This document shows positions 8,790 to 16,489 of a stretch of DNA of 26,210 nucleotides, one piece after another. The notes beneath the pieces were generated by a model. That model made no database searches. It was given only the letters and a program-made list of their open reading frames with translations, and had not been told where the DNA came from. Positions within the stretch are counted from its first letter, which is position 1. Each line of letters opens with the position of its first letter. The DNA comes from a virus (taxonomy: Duplodnaviria; Caudoviricetes). The position numbers and the translations under genes are program-made. The DNA lies in the IMG/VR virus record IMGVR_UViG_3300043422_000294, positions 1-26,210 of that record. The stretch is one strand, 5' to 3'.

Positions 8790-8885
8790 ATCCCCCCTTG
8801 GTTTCAATTTGCACGCGCAAAAATCTTGGCAGGCGCACGCATCTTTGGCCGCCGTCTGTAGAGATTCAGACCCCCCGGGGAGGGT
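8790..8885 (-). other. Putative cos packaging site
   Basis: Between HNH stop and terS; minus strand GGGGGGtctgaatctct...GCGTGCGCCT...aagatttttgcgcgtgcaaattgaaa...GGGGGG resembles cos regions of 3'-overhang HNH phages; candidate overhang near 8831-8840. Confidence 0.6.
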
Positions 8886-8887
8886 GG

Positions 8888-9253
8888 TCAGCCTCGCCTT
8901 GCGGTTTCACGCGCCGTCTTTCGGTTGTGACATGAGACGCACAGGCCTTGCAGATTGACCCAGTCAAAGCGCTCACCGCCCTCCTTGAGCGGCCTGATGT
9001 GGTCAGCAACCTTGGCAGCCACCACCAGACCCGCCCCCTTGCACGCCACACACAACGGGTGTTCACGCAGGAAGGCCGCACGCACCTCACGCCAGCGCAC
9101 CGACTGGTAAAAGCCCACCTCGGCATCAAAGCCACGCCTGGCACGCCCGTAGTCCCGGTGCACCTGGGTACGGTGTTGATCGCAATAGCCCGGCTTGTCC
9201 AGAACCAACGCACAGGCGGGATGTCGGCATGGTGTCGGGGCACTGCGGGGCAT
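8888..9253 (-). CDS. Phage HNH endonuclease (HK97 gp74-like terminase cofactor)
   Basis: PCRHPAC...YCDQH N-terminus; HPLCVAC...DHIRP...NLQGLCVSCHNRKT; upstream of terS. Confidence 0.94.
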   Translation of the reverse strand: MPRSAPTPCRHPACALVLDKPGYCDQHRTQVHRDYGRARRGFDAEVGFYQSVRWREVRAAFLREHPLCVACKGAGLVVAAKVADHIRPLKEGGERFDWVNLQGLCVSCHNRKTARETARRG

Positions 9254-9307
9254 AGCGGCTTATTCCCCACTCATTCAAAAAACTAATCGGATTTGATGCG
9301 GGTATTG

Positions 9308-9338
9308 CTTGGCTTCACTGGGGTTCAGAGCGTTCATA
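9308..9338 (+). promoter_or_regulatory. Motif B copy 1: CTTG-N14-CAGAGCGTTCATA upstream of DUF6900/DUF3489 operon
   Basis: Same 4+13 nt blocks and spacing as at 23968-23998; ends 33 bp before ATG 9372. Confidence 0.6.
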
Positions 9339-9371
9339 GGAACGTCATCAACAACCCAAGGAGCTTTACAA

Positions 9372-9578
9372 ATGACCTACACCACACAGTTCACCGTCGA
9401 CGAGGTCGGGTTCATACAGATCGCGCTCACCAAGGTGCTGGCAGCCGCCGCACGCGGTGAGCTTGACCTCAACCTGCTGGCCCGCGAGGAGCTGGCCTCA
9501 CGCGGCCTTGACACCCAAGGCGAGTGGGTCGGCTTTGACCGCGCCCGACAGATCCACCAGGTGCGGGGAGCCAAGTGA
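9372..9578 (+). CDS. Conserved-looking small hypothetical protein
   Basis: Start MTYTTQF with AAGGAG SD; LAAAARGELDLNLLAREELASRGLD.QGEWVGF; coupled to next gene. Confidence 0.75.
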   Translation: MTYTTQFTVDEVGFIQIALTKVLAAAARGELDLNLLAREELASRGLDTQGEWVGFDRARQIHQVRGAK

Positions 9579-9766
9579 TGGACGCCAAAACACTGGAGCG
9601 TCTGCTCAACCAGATCGCCGCAGAGCATCTGCACATCGACACGCTGGCCACTCGCAACAGCGACCGCCTGGACTTTCATGAAGTCAGCGTGTGGGGCCTC
9701 AAAGAAGCCTTGCAAGCTGCATTCACGGCTGGCCAGCAATCCAAACAAACAACCCAACCAAACTGA
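9578..9766 (+). CDS. DUF6900-like small protein
   Basis: QIAAEHLHIDTLATRNSDRLDFHEVSVWGLKEALQAAF motif; TGATG overlap, GGGGAG SD. Confidence 0.8.
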   Translation: MDAKTLERLLNQIAAEHLHIDTLATRNSDRLDFHEVSVWGLKEALQAAFTAGQQSKQTTQPN

Positions 9767-9780
9767 TACCGGAGATCAAC

Positions 9781-10257
9781 ATGAAACTCACACCCAGCCA
9801 AACCTTGCTTCTCAACGCCGCAGCCCTTCATCCTCAGCATGTGCTGACCGACTTCCCGCCCAACCTTAAAGGTGGCGCGTTGATCAAGGTGCTGACCAGC
9901 CTTTGCAATGAAGGTCTGATCCGACCCCACAGCAAAGGCGCTTCGGGCTCGACCCGCTTTGCCATCACCGTCGCAGGGTTGCAGGCCATCGGCATTGAGC
10001 CACCAGCCAAATCCAAACGCGAAGGTAGCAAGCAGTCGGTGCTCATCGCTCTGATGAAACGCCCGGAAGGTGCAACACTTGCGCAAATGGTGGAGGCCAC
10101 AGGTTGGCAGGCGCACACCGTGCGCGGCTGCATGGCCGGAGCCTTGAAAAAGAAACTGGGACTGACCATCGACTCCGTCAAGGAGAGCGGTGGTGAGCGG
10201 GTCTACAGGGTTTCACCCTCCAGCTCGCTCCCCACAGCATCATCTAAAACCGACTGA
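9781..10257 (+). CDS. DUF3489 domain protein (predicted winged-helix)
   Basis: Start MKLTPSQ with GGAG SD; REGSKQ..LIALMKRPEGATLAQMVEATGWQAHTVRG...KKKLGL...ERVYR signature. Confidence 0.88.
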   Translation: MKLTPSQTLLLNAAALHPQHVLTDFPPNLKGGALIKVLTSLCNEGLIRPHSKGASGSTRFAITVAGLQAIGIEPPAKSKREGSKQSVLIALMKRPEGATLAQMVEATGWQAHTVRGCMAGALKKKLGLTIDSVKESGGERVYRVSPSSSLPTASSKTD

Positions 10258-11489
10258 CCTTGCGGCGCAAGATCCGGAAATGCTGAGCCATCCGATTCAC
10301 GGGTGGCTTTCTGTCCTGTGAAGTCCTCCCAGCGCTTGACGATCACGTCCACGTACTTGGGGTCCATCTCCATGAGCCGCGCCTGGCGATTGGTTTTCTC
10401 GCAAGCAATGAGCGTGGTGCCGGAGCCGCCAAACAAGTCGATCACGATGTCGCGAGTCTTGGATGAGTTTTTAATCGCACGCTCAACCAACTCCACCGGC
10501 TTCATCGTCGGATGCAGGTCATTCACATGGGGCTTTTTGTAGTTCCAAATATCTAACTGGTCGCGGTCACCGCACCAGAAGTGTTTTGCGCCTTCCTTCC
10601 AGCCGTACAGGATGGGCTCGTACTGGCGCTGGTAGTCGGCGCGACCGAGCGTGAAAGTGTTCTTGGCCCAGATCACAAATGTCGACCACTTGCCACCGGC
10701 ATCCAGCCAGGCCTTTTGCAGTGTGTGCAACTCGGATGAGCTCATGCACACGTAGCAGGCACCTTTGGTCACCACCAACAAGTTGACGCAGGCGTCATAC
10801 AGGAACTTGTAGAACCCGTCCCCGAGCGCATCGTTCATGATGCGGCGGTCCTTGCCGCGCATCTTGTCTTTGGCGTTGTTGCCGTAGTCCACGTTGTAGG
10901 GTGGATCGGTGAAAGCCATGTCGGCGAGTTGGCCGTTCATCAGGCGCTCGACATCGGAGAGCACAGTGGAGTCGCCGCACAGCAAACGGTGCTGACCCAG
11001 GACCCACACATCGCCTGTTTTGGAAACAGGTTCGGCTGGTAATTCGGGTACTGCATCGTCTTCGGTCAGGCCCGTGGTGTCGCCGTCGCCATTGAGCAAA
11101 CGCTCGAGTTCTTCGTCACCAAAGCCCATCAGATCCAGATTGAAGTCGGCCTCATCGAGTTCGGCAATCTCAAGCTTGAGCAACTCTTCGTCCCAGCCAG
11201 CGTTGGCAGCGATGCGGTTGTCGGCCAGGATGTAGGCTTTCTTTTGAATTGCAGTGAGGTGGCCCAGCTCAATCACGGGCACTTGTTTCAGTGCAAGTTT
11301 GCGCGCAGCAGCCAAGCGGCCATGCCCTGCGATCACGCCTTTGTCGCCGTCGGTGAGGATCGGATTGGTGAAACCAAACTCAGCAATGGACGCGGCAATC
11401 TGTGCCACCTGGTCTTCGCTGTGGGTGCGGGCGTTTCGCGCATACGGGATGAGCGAATCCACCGCGACCATTCGAATCTCGGGTGTCAT
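10203..11489 (-). CDS. ParB/Srx-N-terminal fused N6A/N4C DNA methyltransferase (orphan)
   Basis: Start MTPEIRM; PYARNARTH...FGFTNPIL...AGHGRL...LADNR ParB-like domain; HRLLCGDS, TDPPY, HPTMKPV, DLFGGSGT motifs. Confidence 0.93.
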   Translation of the reverse strand: MTPEIRMVAVDSLIPYARNARTHSEDQVAQIAASIAEFGFTNPILTDGDKGVIAGHGRLAAARKLALKQVPVIELGHLTAIQKKAYILADNRIAANAGWDEELLKLEIAELDEADFNLDLMGFGDEELERLLNGDGDTTGLTEDDAVPELPAEPVSKTGDVWVLGQHRLLCGDSTVLSDVERLMNGQLADMAFTDPPYNVDYGNNAKDKMRGKDRRIMNDALGDGFYKFLYDACVNLLVVTKGACYVCMSSSELHTLQKAWLDAGGKWSTFVIWAKNTFTLGRADYQRQYEPILYGWKEGAKHFWCGDRDQLDIWNYKKPHVNDLHPTMKPVELVERAIKNSSKTRDIVIDLFGGSGTTLIACEKTNRQARLMEMDPKYVDVIVKRWEDFTGQKATRESDGSAFPDLAPQGQSVLDDAVGSELEGETL

Positions 11490-11576
11490 AGGGAAGCTTT
11501 CGGGTTGGTGCGCGGCGTGCAGGTCAACCAGCGAGGGCTGCTTGCAAGCGCGATAGATGCGGGGAAGTGAAGACCC

Positions 11577-11613
11577 AAACAAAACGCCCACAAGGCGGGA
11601 ACCGTGTGGGCGT
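11577..11613 (-). terminator. Intrinsic terminator just downstream of late promoter (tR'-like)
   Basis: Minus strand ACGCCCACA-N12-TGTGGGCGT followed by TTTGTTT. Confidence 0.7.
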
Positions 11614-11632
11614 AATTTGAGTGATTAGCAGA

Positions 11633-11662
11633 ATGCTACCGCTTCGATATATACCCCGTCAA
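11633..11662 (-). promoter_or_regulatory. Sigma70 late promoter (pR'-like)
   Basis: TTGACG (11662-11657)-18 bp-TAGCAT (11638-11633), pointing into MTase/HNH/terminase genes. Confidence 0.65.
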
Positions 11663-11685
11663 GGGGTTTTCGTACGATTTATAAA

Positions 11686-11994
11686 TCAGGCCATCGCCAC
11701 GGACTCAAGTCGTTTCATCTGACCCAGTTCATCGTGCAGTTTGGCCTCCGCTTGCCACAGGTCAAACTTGGTCTGCATGTCCAGCCAGAGTTGTGCGCCA
11801 TTGCCAAGCAGCGTTCCAAGACGCAGCGCCATCTCGGCTGATACGCCGCTGCGTTCGGCCAGCACCGAGTGCAAGGTCTGGCGGGAAACGCCCAAGCTAC
11901 GGGCGAAGGCGCTGACGGACATGCCCGGCAAGCTGGGCAACACATCTTCCCGAAGGATGGCTCCGGGATGGGTCGGTACACGTTTACGCATCAT
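11686..11994 (-). CDS. higA: HigA antitoxin (XRE HTH)
   Basis: THPGAILREDVL, FARSLGVSRQTL, SAEMALRL, LWLDMQ..FDLWQA. Confidence 0.93.
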   Translation of the reverse strand: MMRKRVPTHPGAILREDVLPSLPGMSVSAFARSLGVSRQTLHSVLAERSGVSAEMALRLGTLLGNGAQLWLDMQTKFDLWQAEAKLHDELGQMKRLESVAMA

Positions 11995-12000
11995 TCACTC

Positions 12001-12276
12001 CTAGTGATAATTCTCAAAATCAAGCTTGACGGCGTTCTCACCCTGCCACTCAAAGGTGATGCACCACGGACCGTTGACATGCAGGCTGTAGCGCTTTGGT
12101 TTGCCCTGCAGTCCATGAAAATCAAAACCTGGAACATTCAAAGCCTCTGGCGTCTTGGCAATGTCAATGGCATCGAGCCGACGAAGCGCCCGCTCAGCCA
12201 AGGCCTTTTGCAGCTTAGCGCTGGTGCCTTTCTCAAAAAGCTCCTGAAGTCCTTTGTGCTTGAACGACTCAATCAT
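12001..12276 (-). CDS. higB: HigB toxin (RelE family)
   Basis: Start MIESFKHKGLQELFEKG; PGFDFHGLQG...YSLHVNGPWCITFEW...ENYH; toxin-first order. Confidence 0.93.
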   Translation of the reverse strand: MIESFKHKGLQELFEKGTSAKLQKALAERALRRLDAIDIAKTPEALNVPGFDFHGLQGKPKRYSLHVNGPWCITFEWQGENAVKLDFENYH

Positions 12277-12283
12277 GGATAGA

Positions 12284-12312
12284 AGTGTAAAGGATTTCTT
12301 TACACCTTGCAA
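12284..12312 (-). promoter_or_regulatory. higBA promoter and operator
   Basis: TTGCAA (12312-12307)-17 bp-TACACT (12289-12284), 7 nt before ATG; palindrome GTGTAAAG-N5-CTTTACAC (12285-12305). Confidence 0.8.
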
Positions 12313-12321
12313 GGAGGTTGT

Positions 12322-12843
12322 TTACCGGGCGTAGCCGTAGTGAACAGCCAACACCCCCAAAGCGCTAACCAAAATGCCCTTGGCCTCGTACTGATTGAGC
12401 GTGCGTCCGTTCCACCCCTCCTGGGCAGACCACTCCCTCACGCTCTGACCCAAACCCGCCACATGCCAGACCGCGCAGCCGCCGGGGCTGCCAATTCCAC
12501 CCACCGCATCGAGCGCCTCACCCAGGCGCTTTCTGGCCCAGGCACAGCGCTCAGTCATCGTGTCCTGCCAATGACCGCCGGGGATGCGATCAAGCGGCGG
12601 TGAGCCCGCAGAACTTAGCTGCGCAAAGACAAAGTTGCGAGAGAAGTCCTGACCCGCGTCGTGCATCTGCGCCGTGATCGCGCCGTTGCGCATCAAGAGC
12701 CCGAGCGAGTCCACGGTCCGGAAATGCTCGGTGCGGTAGCTGGTGCCTTCCTCTGCTTCGCTGACCCACTCACCAACCCGACCGCCGGGCAGACTCACCA
12801 GAGCGCCATGGGTCAGTGGCTGTGCGACTTGCTTTTTAGCCAT
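12322..12843 (-). CDS. DUF6456-like protein, probable Q-like late transcriptional regulator
   Basis: Start MAKKQVA with GGAGG SD; G.IT..MHDAG..F N-terminal part and C-terminal HTH-like region; last early gene before late promoter/terminator. Confidence 0.7.
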   Translation of the reverse strand: MAKKQVAQPLTHGALVSLPGGRVGEWVSEAEEGTSYRTEHFRTVDSLGLLMRNGAITAQMHDAGQDFSRNFVFAQLSSAGSPPLDRIPGGHWQDTMTERCAWARKRLGEALDAVGGIGSPGGCAVWHVAGLGQSVREWSAQEGWNGRTLNQYEAKGILVSALGVLAVHYGYAR

Positions 12844-13378
12844 GGCGCACCTCCTTGCCCAAGGCGGGATCCGCACCCTGCGCCAGCGCCCAGTGCAAGA
12901 GCGCGAGAGCATCCGCTTCGTTGTCGTCGGTAACCGGGTGGCCCAGTGCCTTCATGGCAGCAATCACCTCAGCCTTGCCTGTATTGCCTTTGCCGGTGGC
13001 ATGGCGTTTGATGGTGCCCACGGGCACGCCCTGGTACGGGATCTGGTGGTGCTCGCACCAGGCGGTCAGCGTGGCCAGCAGGCCGCCGTAGACGTGCGCG
13101 GCGTCCACACCGAGATGACGGCGCACCTCTTCAAAGTAAACGGCTCCAATGCCCGTTAAATTGGTCTGTGAATCACTTTGTGGGCCACTCAAGGACAGCA
13201 TGTCAGCGAGCCACCGGCCGAAGCGCAGGTAGCGCATGCCGCCGCCCTCAAAGCGCTGGGACTTGAAGCTCACAAAGCCATGCGCCACAGGGCCGTTGGC
13301 CGAGCGCAGTGCCCAGCCGGTGGTGGTGCCCAGGTCCAGGGCGAGGATGACAAGGTGCGGGGTGGATTCGGTATTCAT
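12836..13378 (-). CDS. Phage RuvC-like Holliday junction resolvase
   Basis: ILALDLGTTTGWA, YFEEV, VGTIKRHATGKGN..K, DDNEADALALL. Confidence 0.85.
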   Translation of the reverse strand: MNTESTPHLVILALDLGTTTGWALRSANGPVAHGFVSFKSQRFEGGGMRYLRFGRWLADMLSLSGPQSDSQTNLTGIGAVYFEEVRRHLGVDAAHVYGGLLATLTAWCEHHQIPYQGVPVGTIKRHATGKGNTGKAEVIAAMKALGHPVTDDNEADALALLHWALAQGADPALGKEVRHG

Positions 13379-13545
13379 CAGGGATGTCCTCCAAGGGTTC
13401 GTACAAGGGTTCTTGTGCGACCTGGAGGAGCGCTGGCACCAAGGCCGTGTCAGGGCGGGTGCGGCTCCCTCATGTCTGTCATTGCCGATTTGTTCAATCG
13501 GATGCGGTTATCAGGACTGGCAAAAAGTCGTCAACAGGTGACGGG

Positions 13546-13821
13546 GGGCTTTCTTCAATACTTCATCTTTCAAAGGTGGAGTCCGGGTCTGGGAGGTACT
13601 TATTTCAATACTTCTTCTTTCAACATATATACCTATGTCTCTCTCTACCCACTCTGACCCCTCCAGAGCGCACGTTTTCGCGCGCGCGAGGGATTTTTTG
13701 TGTGTATAGGGCCCCCCAATATTTATTTGTATATGGAGGCACCCCCATTGAAAGAAGGTCGTAATTGAAAGAAGTCGCCGGGAGGGCTTCTTTCAATACT
13801 TCATCTTTCAAACGTGGAGTC
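13546..13821. repeat. Iteron-like repeat cluster, putative replication origin
   Basis: 38-bp direct repeat 13546-13583 / 13784-13821 (3 mismatches), partial copy 13603-13623, inverted TTGAAAGAAG units at 13748 and 13765; AT-rich patches inside; directly downstream of primase-helicase. Confidence 0.75.
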
Positions 13822-13833
13822 TGATTAGTCCGT

Positions 13834-16143
13834 CTACTCATCTGCACCCGCCAACTTGATCCATTGGCTGGGCCTGCCGCCCGTTGGCTTGGCGAACACT
13901 TCGACCAGATGAGCGTCCGTCAAGGTGCGCAGCACACCGTCCCGCTGGCGGTGATCCATGAACTGGGTGCGCCGGGTGAACTCGCTCTTGGACATACCAG
14001 CAGCTTCCCCGTCGCGCAAGATTTGCAAAGCGCGCTTGTGGTTGGACTCGACTTGGTTTTCTGAAACGCGCGCGCTTGCTTCTCGAATTGTCAGTTCGGC
14101 GCAGTGGCGCGAGAGCGCAATCCCCCAGTGCGCATCATGGTCCTCGATCTGCGGCGTCACAGCGTCCCGCGACACAGCGCGAATCAGTGCCAATTTGGTG
14201 GCGTTCTCCTCAATGCGCGCCAGGATCGATGAAAAACCGGTGCCTCTCGACAAGCGAAGCTTTATCAGCAACTCGTGGTCAAGCAAGCGAAACGCGTCAC
14301 GCGCTTGCGCGGTCATAGGCACCACGCGCGGATCGACCAGCACTTCATCAATCGCACCCACATCCGTGAGGTTGCCACTCAACTGCCCACCACCCTGGTG
14401 GATGAGCAGCAGCCGGTCGATCAGGTCTTGCGGGGGATCGATCGTGCCAAAGAGTTCGTTGCTGTCGGGAAAATCGTCCTCGCTCTCCAGAATCAGAAAG
14501 CGCGCCAAAGAGCCGTCGGCCACATTGGAAGCTTGCAGCGCTTGCCAGAAGTGAATTGGTGTGGTGGTGCCGTAGATGCAGGCGCAGGGTTGGTGAATGG
14601 CTCGGTGCGCGTTGTTGAGCTGGTTGCTTGCGTACTCAATGCCAAAGTAAGTCGTGCCTGATGTGGTGTACAGCTCGGTCATCAGGTCCAGGATTTCACA
14701 CACGTAGCGTGGGGAGCGTTTGCGGTCAGCGGCTGCCGACAAAAACATACCGAACTCATCTAGCTGAAAAAGAATGGCGGGCTGACGCTGGATGGCCGTC
14801 AAAAGACCCGAGCCCGATGCGATCTTGTTGCCACCCAGGTATTGCAGCAACCCGGCCTTACGGAACAGCTCATTGATCACGACGCGGCTGTGGTTCTTGC
14901 CTGCGCCGCTCTCAGCGATACCTACGACATACAGGTTCGAGCGCGTGTTGCTCTCGGTGCGGTACTTGCGCCCCATCAGCGCGCCGATGGCGCATAGGCT
15001 CGCTCCCAGCGCCAGCACGGGCTGGGGACGCTTGGCGGTCACGGCCATGAGCGTCATCATGTCGGCAATCACGCCGCCCACCTGGTCCCAGCCCGTCGGC
15101 AGTGGTTTGGGTGGTGGCAGCACGGGCGGTGCACCTGATCCATCAATCGTGATCGGGTTTGGTGTTTGCAGCGTTTGCAACATCTCCTTGGCTGGGTGAT
15201 GTCCGTTCATCACAATCTCACCATTGAGCTGCAGATCAGCATCCGGAATCCAGCCGTTGTCCAGCGCCAGCTTGTAGATGGTTCCCGCCCCAATGCGCTG
15301 AGGCGAAAAGCTCCCCCAACTTTTAGCGGTTGTCTTGGCATCGTTTTTACTGGACGACGCAGACCAGGACTCAAAGAGCGGCCACCCCTGCTCGGCAAGC
15401 GCACCTTTGATGGCCATGCCAATGCGCACCCAGCTGTCGTAGTCCAGATCCTGGTTGGGGATGTACTGAAGCGCGTCCTGCACTGCTTCAAACGTGCCGC
15501 GCTGCTCGGGCAGATTGGCAAACGCCACGGGTGACTTCAAACCCACGCCCAGACTTTTGGGGCGCATGGATTCGGGCACCATCTCATACGCCTGACGCGC
15601 AAACTCGCGTGCCTGCGCCTCGGTGATGACTGGCAACTCCTCCATTTGAAGATCGGCCAGGGTCTGCACCGGCCACTCGTACGGTCTGCCGGTATCAGGG
15701 TGAATGCCATACGCAATGAACTGCTGCCCCACACCCAGCACCTCGATCGGCGGGTACTTGAAACCGCTGAAGGGTTGGGCCGCGCGGTACACCAGCAGTC
15801 GCTTGGGGGCGTTGCCGATACGAACTGCAGGTGTGTCGCCCAGCATCCGCTTGGCCAGCCCCTCAATTTGGACGGCGACGTCCTTGGACTGCAGCACATC
15901 AATATCGATGCCAATCACCCTGCCTGCGGCAATACCAATGCCTGCCTCGGGCCAGTCGCCCCAGATGTCGACTTCGTTTTCGGTCGTGTCGCGCTCACAG
16001 TGGCGGCTCCACTTGGGGTAGTCCTGCCAGGCACCCAGGCGAAACATGCCCGGCTTTTTAGTGCTGGGCTGGATCGGCAAAATGGCGTAGCCGCGATCTA
16101 CGAGTGTGGCCCCAAGTTGGGCCATGTAATTGTTTGGATTCAT
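13834..16143 (-). CDS. Bifunctional primase-polymerase + PriCT-2 + DUF3987-like P-loop (helicase) replication protein
   Basis: Start MNPNNYM with GAAGGA SD; GY.ILPI.P..KKP, GIGIAAG..IGIDID, HPDTG.PYEW; YDSWVRIGMA...WS..S.K...W.SF PriCT-2; Walker A AESGAGKN, Walker B FQLDEFG. Confidence 0.88.
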   Translation of the reverse strand: MNPNNYMAQLGATLVDRGYAILPIQPSTKKPGMFRLGAWQDYPKWSRHCERDTTENEVDIWGDWPEAGIGIAAGRVIGIDIDVLQSKDVAVQIEGLAKRMLGDTPAVRIGNAPKRLLVYRAAQPFSGFKYPPIEVLGVGQQFIAYGIHPDTGRPYEWPVQTLADLQMEELPVITEAQAREFARQAYEMVPESMRPKSLGVGLKSPVAFANLPEQRGTFEAVQDALQYIPNQDLDYDSWVRIGMAIKGALAEQGWPLFESWSASSSKNDAKTTAKSWGSFSPQRIGAGTIYKLALDNGWIPDADLQLNGEIVMNGHHPAKEMLQTLQTPNPITIDGSGAPPVLPPPKPLPTGWDQVGGVIADMMTLMAVTAKRPQPVLALGASLCAIGALMGRKYRTESNTRSNLYVVGIAESGAGKNHSRVVINELFRKAGLLQYLGGNKIASGSGLLTAIQRQPAILFQLDEFGMFLSAAADRKRSPRYVCEILDLMTELYTTSGTTYFGIEYASNQLNNAHRAIHQPCACIYGTTTPIHFWQALQASNVADGSLARFLILESEDDFPDSNELFGTIDPPQDLIDRLLLIHQGGGQLSGNLTDVGAIDEVLVDPRVVPMTAQARDAFRLLDHELLIKLRLSRGTGFSSILARIEENATKLALIRAVSRDAVTPQIEDHDAHWGIALSRHCAELTIREASARVSENQVESNHKRALQILRDGEAAGMSKSEFTRRTQFMDHRQRDGVLRTLTDAHLVEVFAKPTGGRPSQWIKLAGADE

Positions 16144-16151
16144 GCGTTCCT

Positions 16152-16475
16152 TCAAAATGGTGGATCGTCTGCATAGGCAGTGCGAAGTGAGTCTTGAAAC
16201 GCGGTCACGACCACATCAATCAAGGTTGACCACTCCACTGCGGTGAAGGTGGCCAAGTCTGTTTTGGCGAGTGAATCGACGTACTCGCCCCCTGTCTGGC
16301 AGGCCGCTGCCAGCGCATTGGTTTCGTGTTGGTTTGGATCAATCATTCCCTTTAGCCTTGCTGCAATGTTTTGACAGCGCCTGGAGCACAACTTCACGCT
16401 CGGCGCATCAATACGGATCAAACAAGGCGCGAACCCATACCCTCGGGCATCGCGCCTGCAAATGGCGCACATCAT
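16152..16475 (-). CDS. DUF6511-like zinc-finger protein
   Basis: CAICRR.ARG.GF...CSRRCQ; MIDPNQHE..A; ends DDPPF. Confidence 0.75.
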   Translation of the reverse strand: MMCAICRRDARGYGFAPCLIRIDAPSVKLCSRRCQNIAARLKGMIDPNQHETNALAAACQTGGEYVDSLAKTDLATFTAVEWSTLIDVVVTAFQDSLRTAYADDPPF

Positions 16476-16489
16476 TTATGCGCCCGACA

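Noticed and set aside
10203-11489. Restriction-modification system
   Set aside because: No restriction endonuclease adjacent; the HNH is the terminase-associated type, and ParB-MTase fusions near terminases are common orphans
13546-13821. Repeats as a CRISPR array, given a Cas4-like gene nearby
   Set aside because: Only two full copies, irregular spacing, mixed orientation and no cas1/cas2; Cas4-like nucleases are common in phage recombination modules
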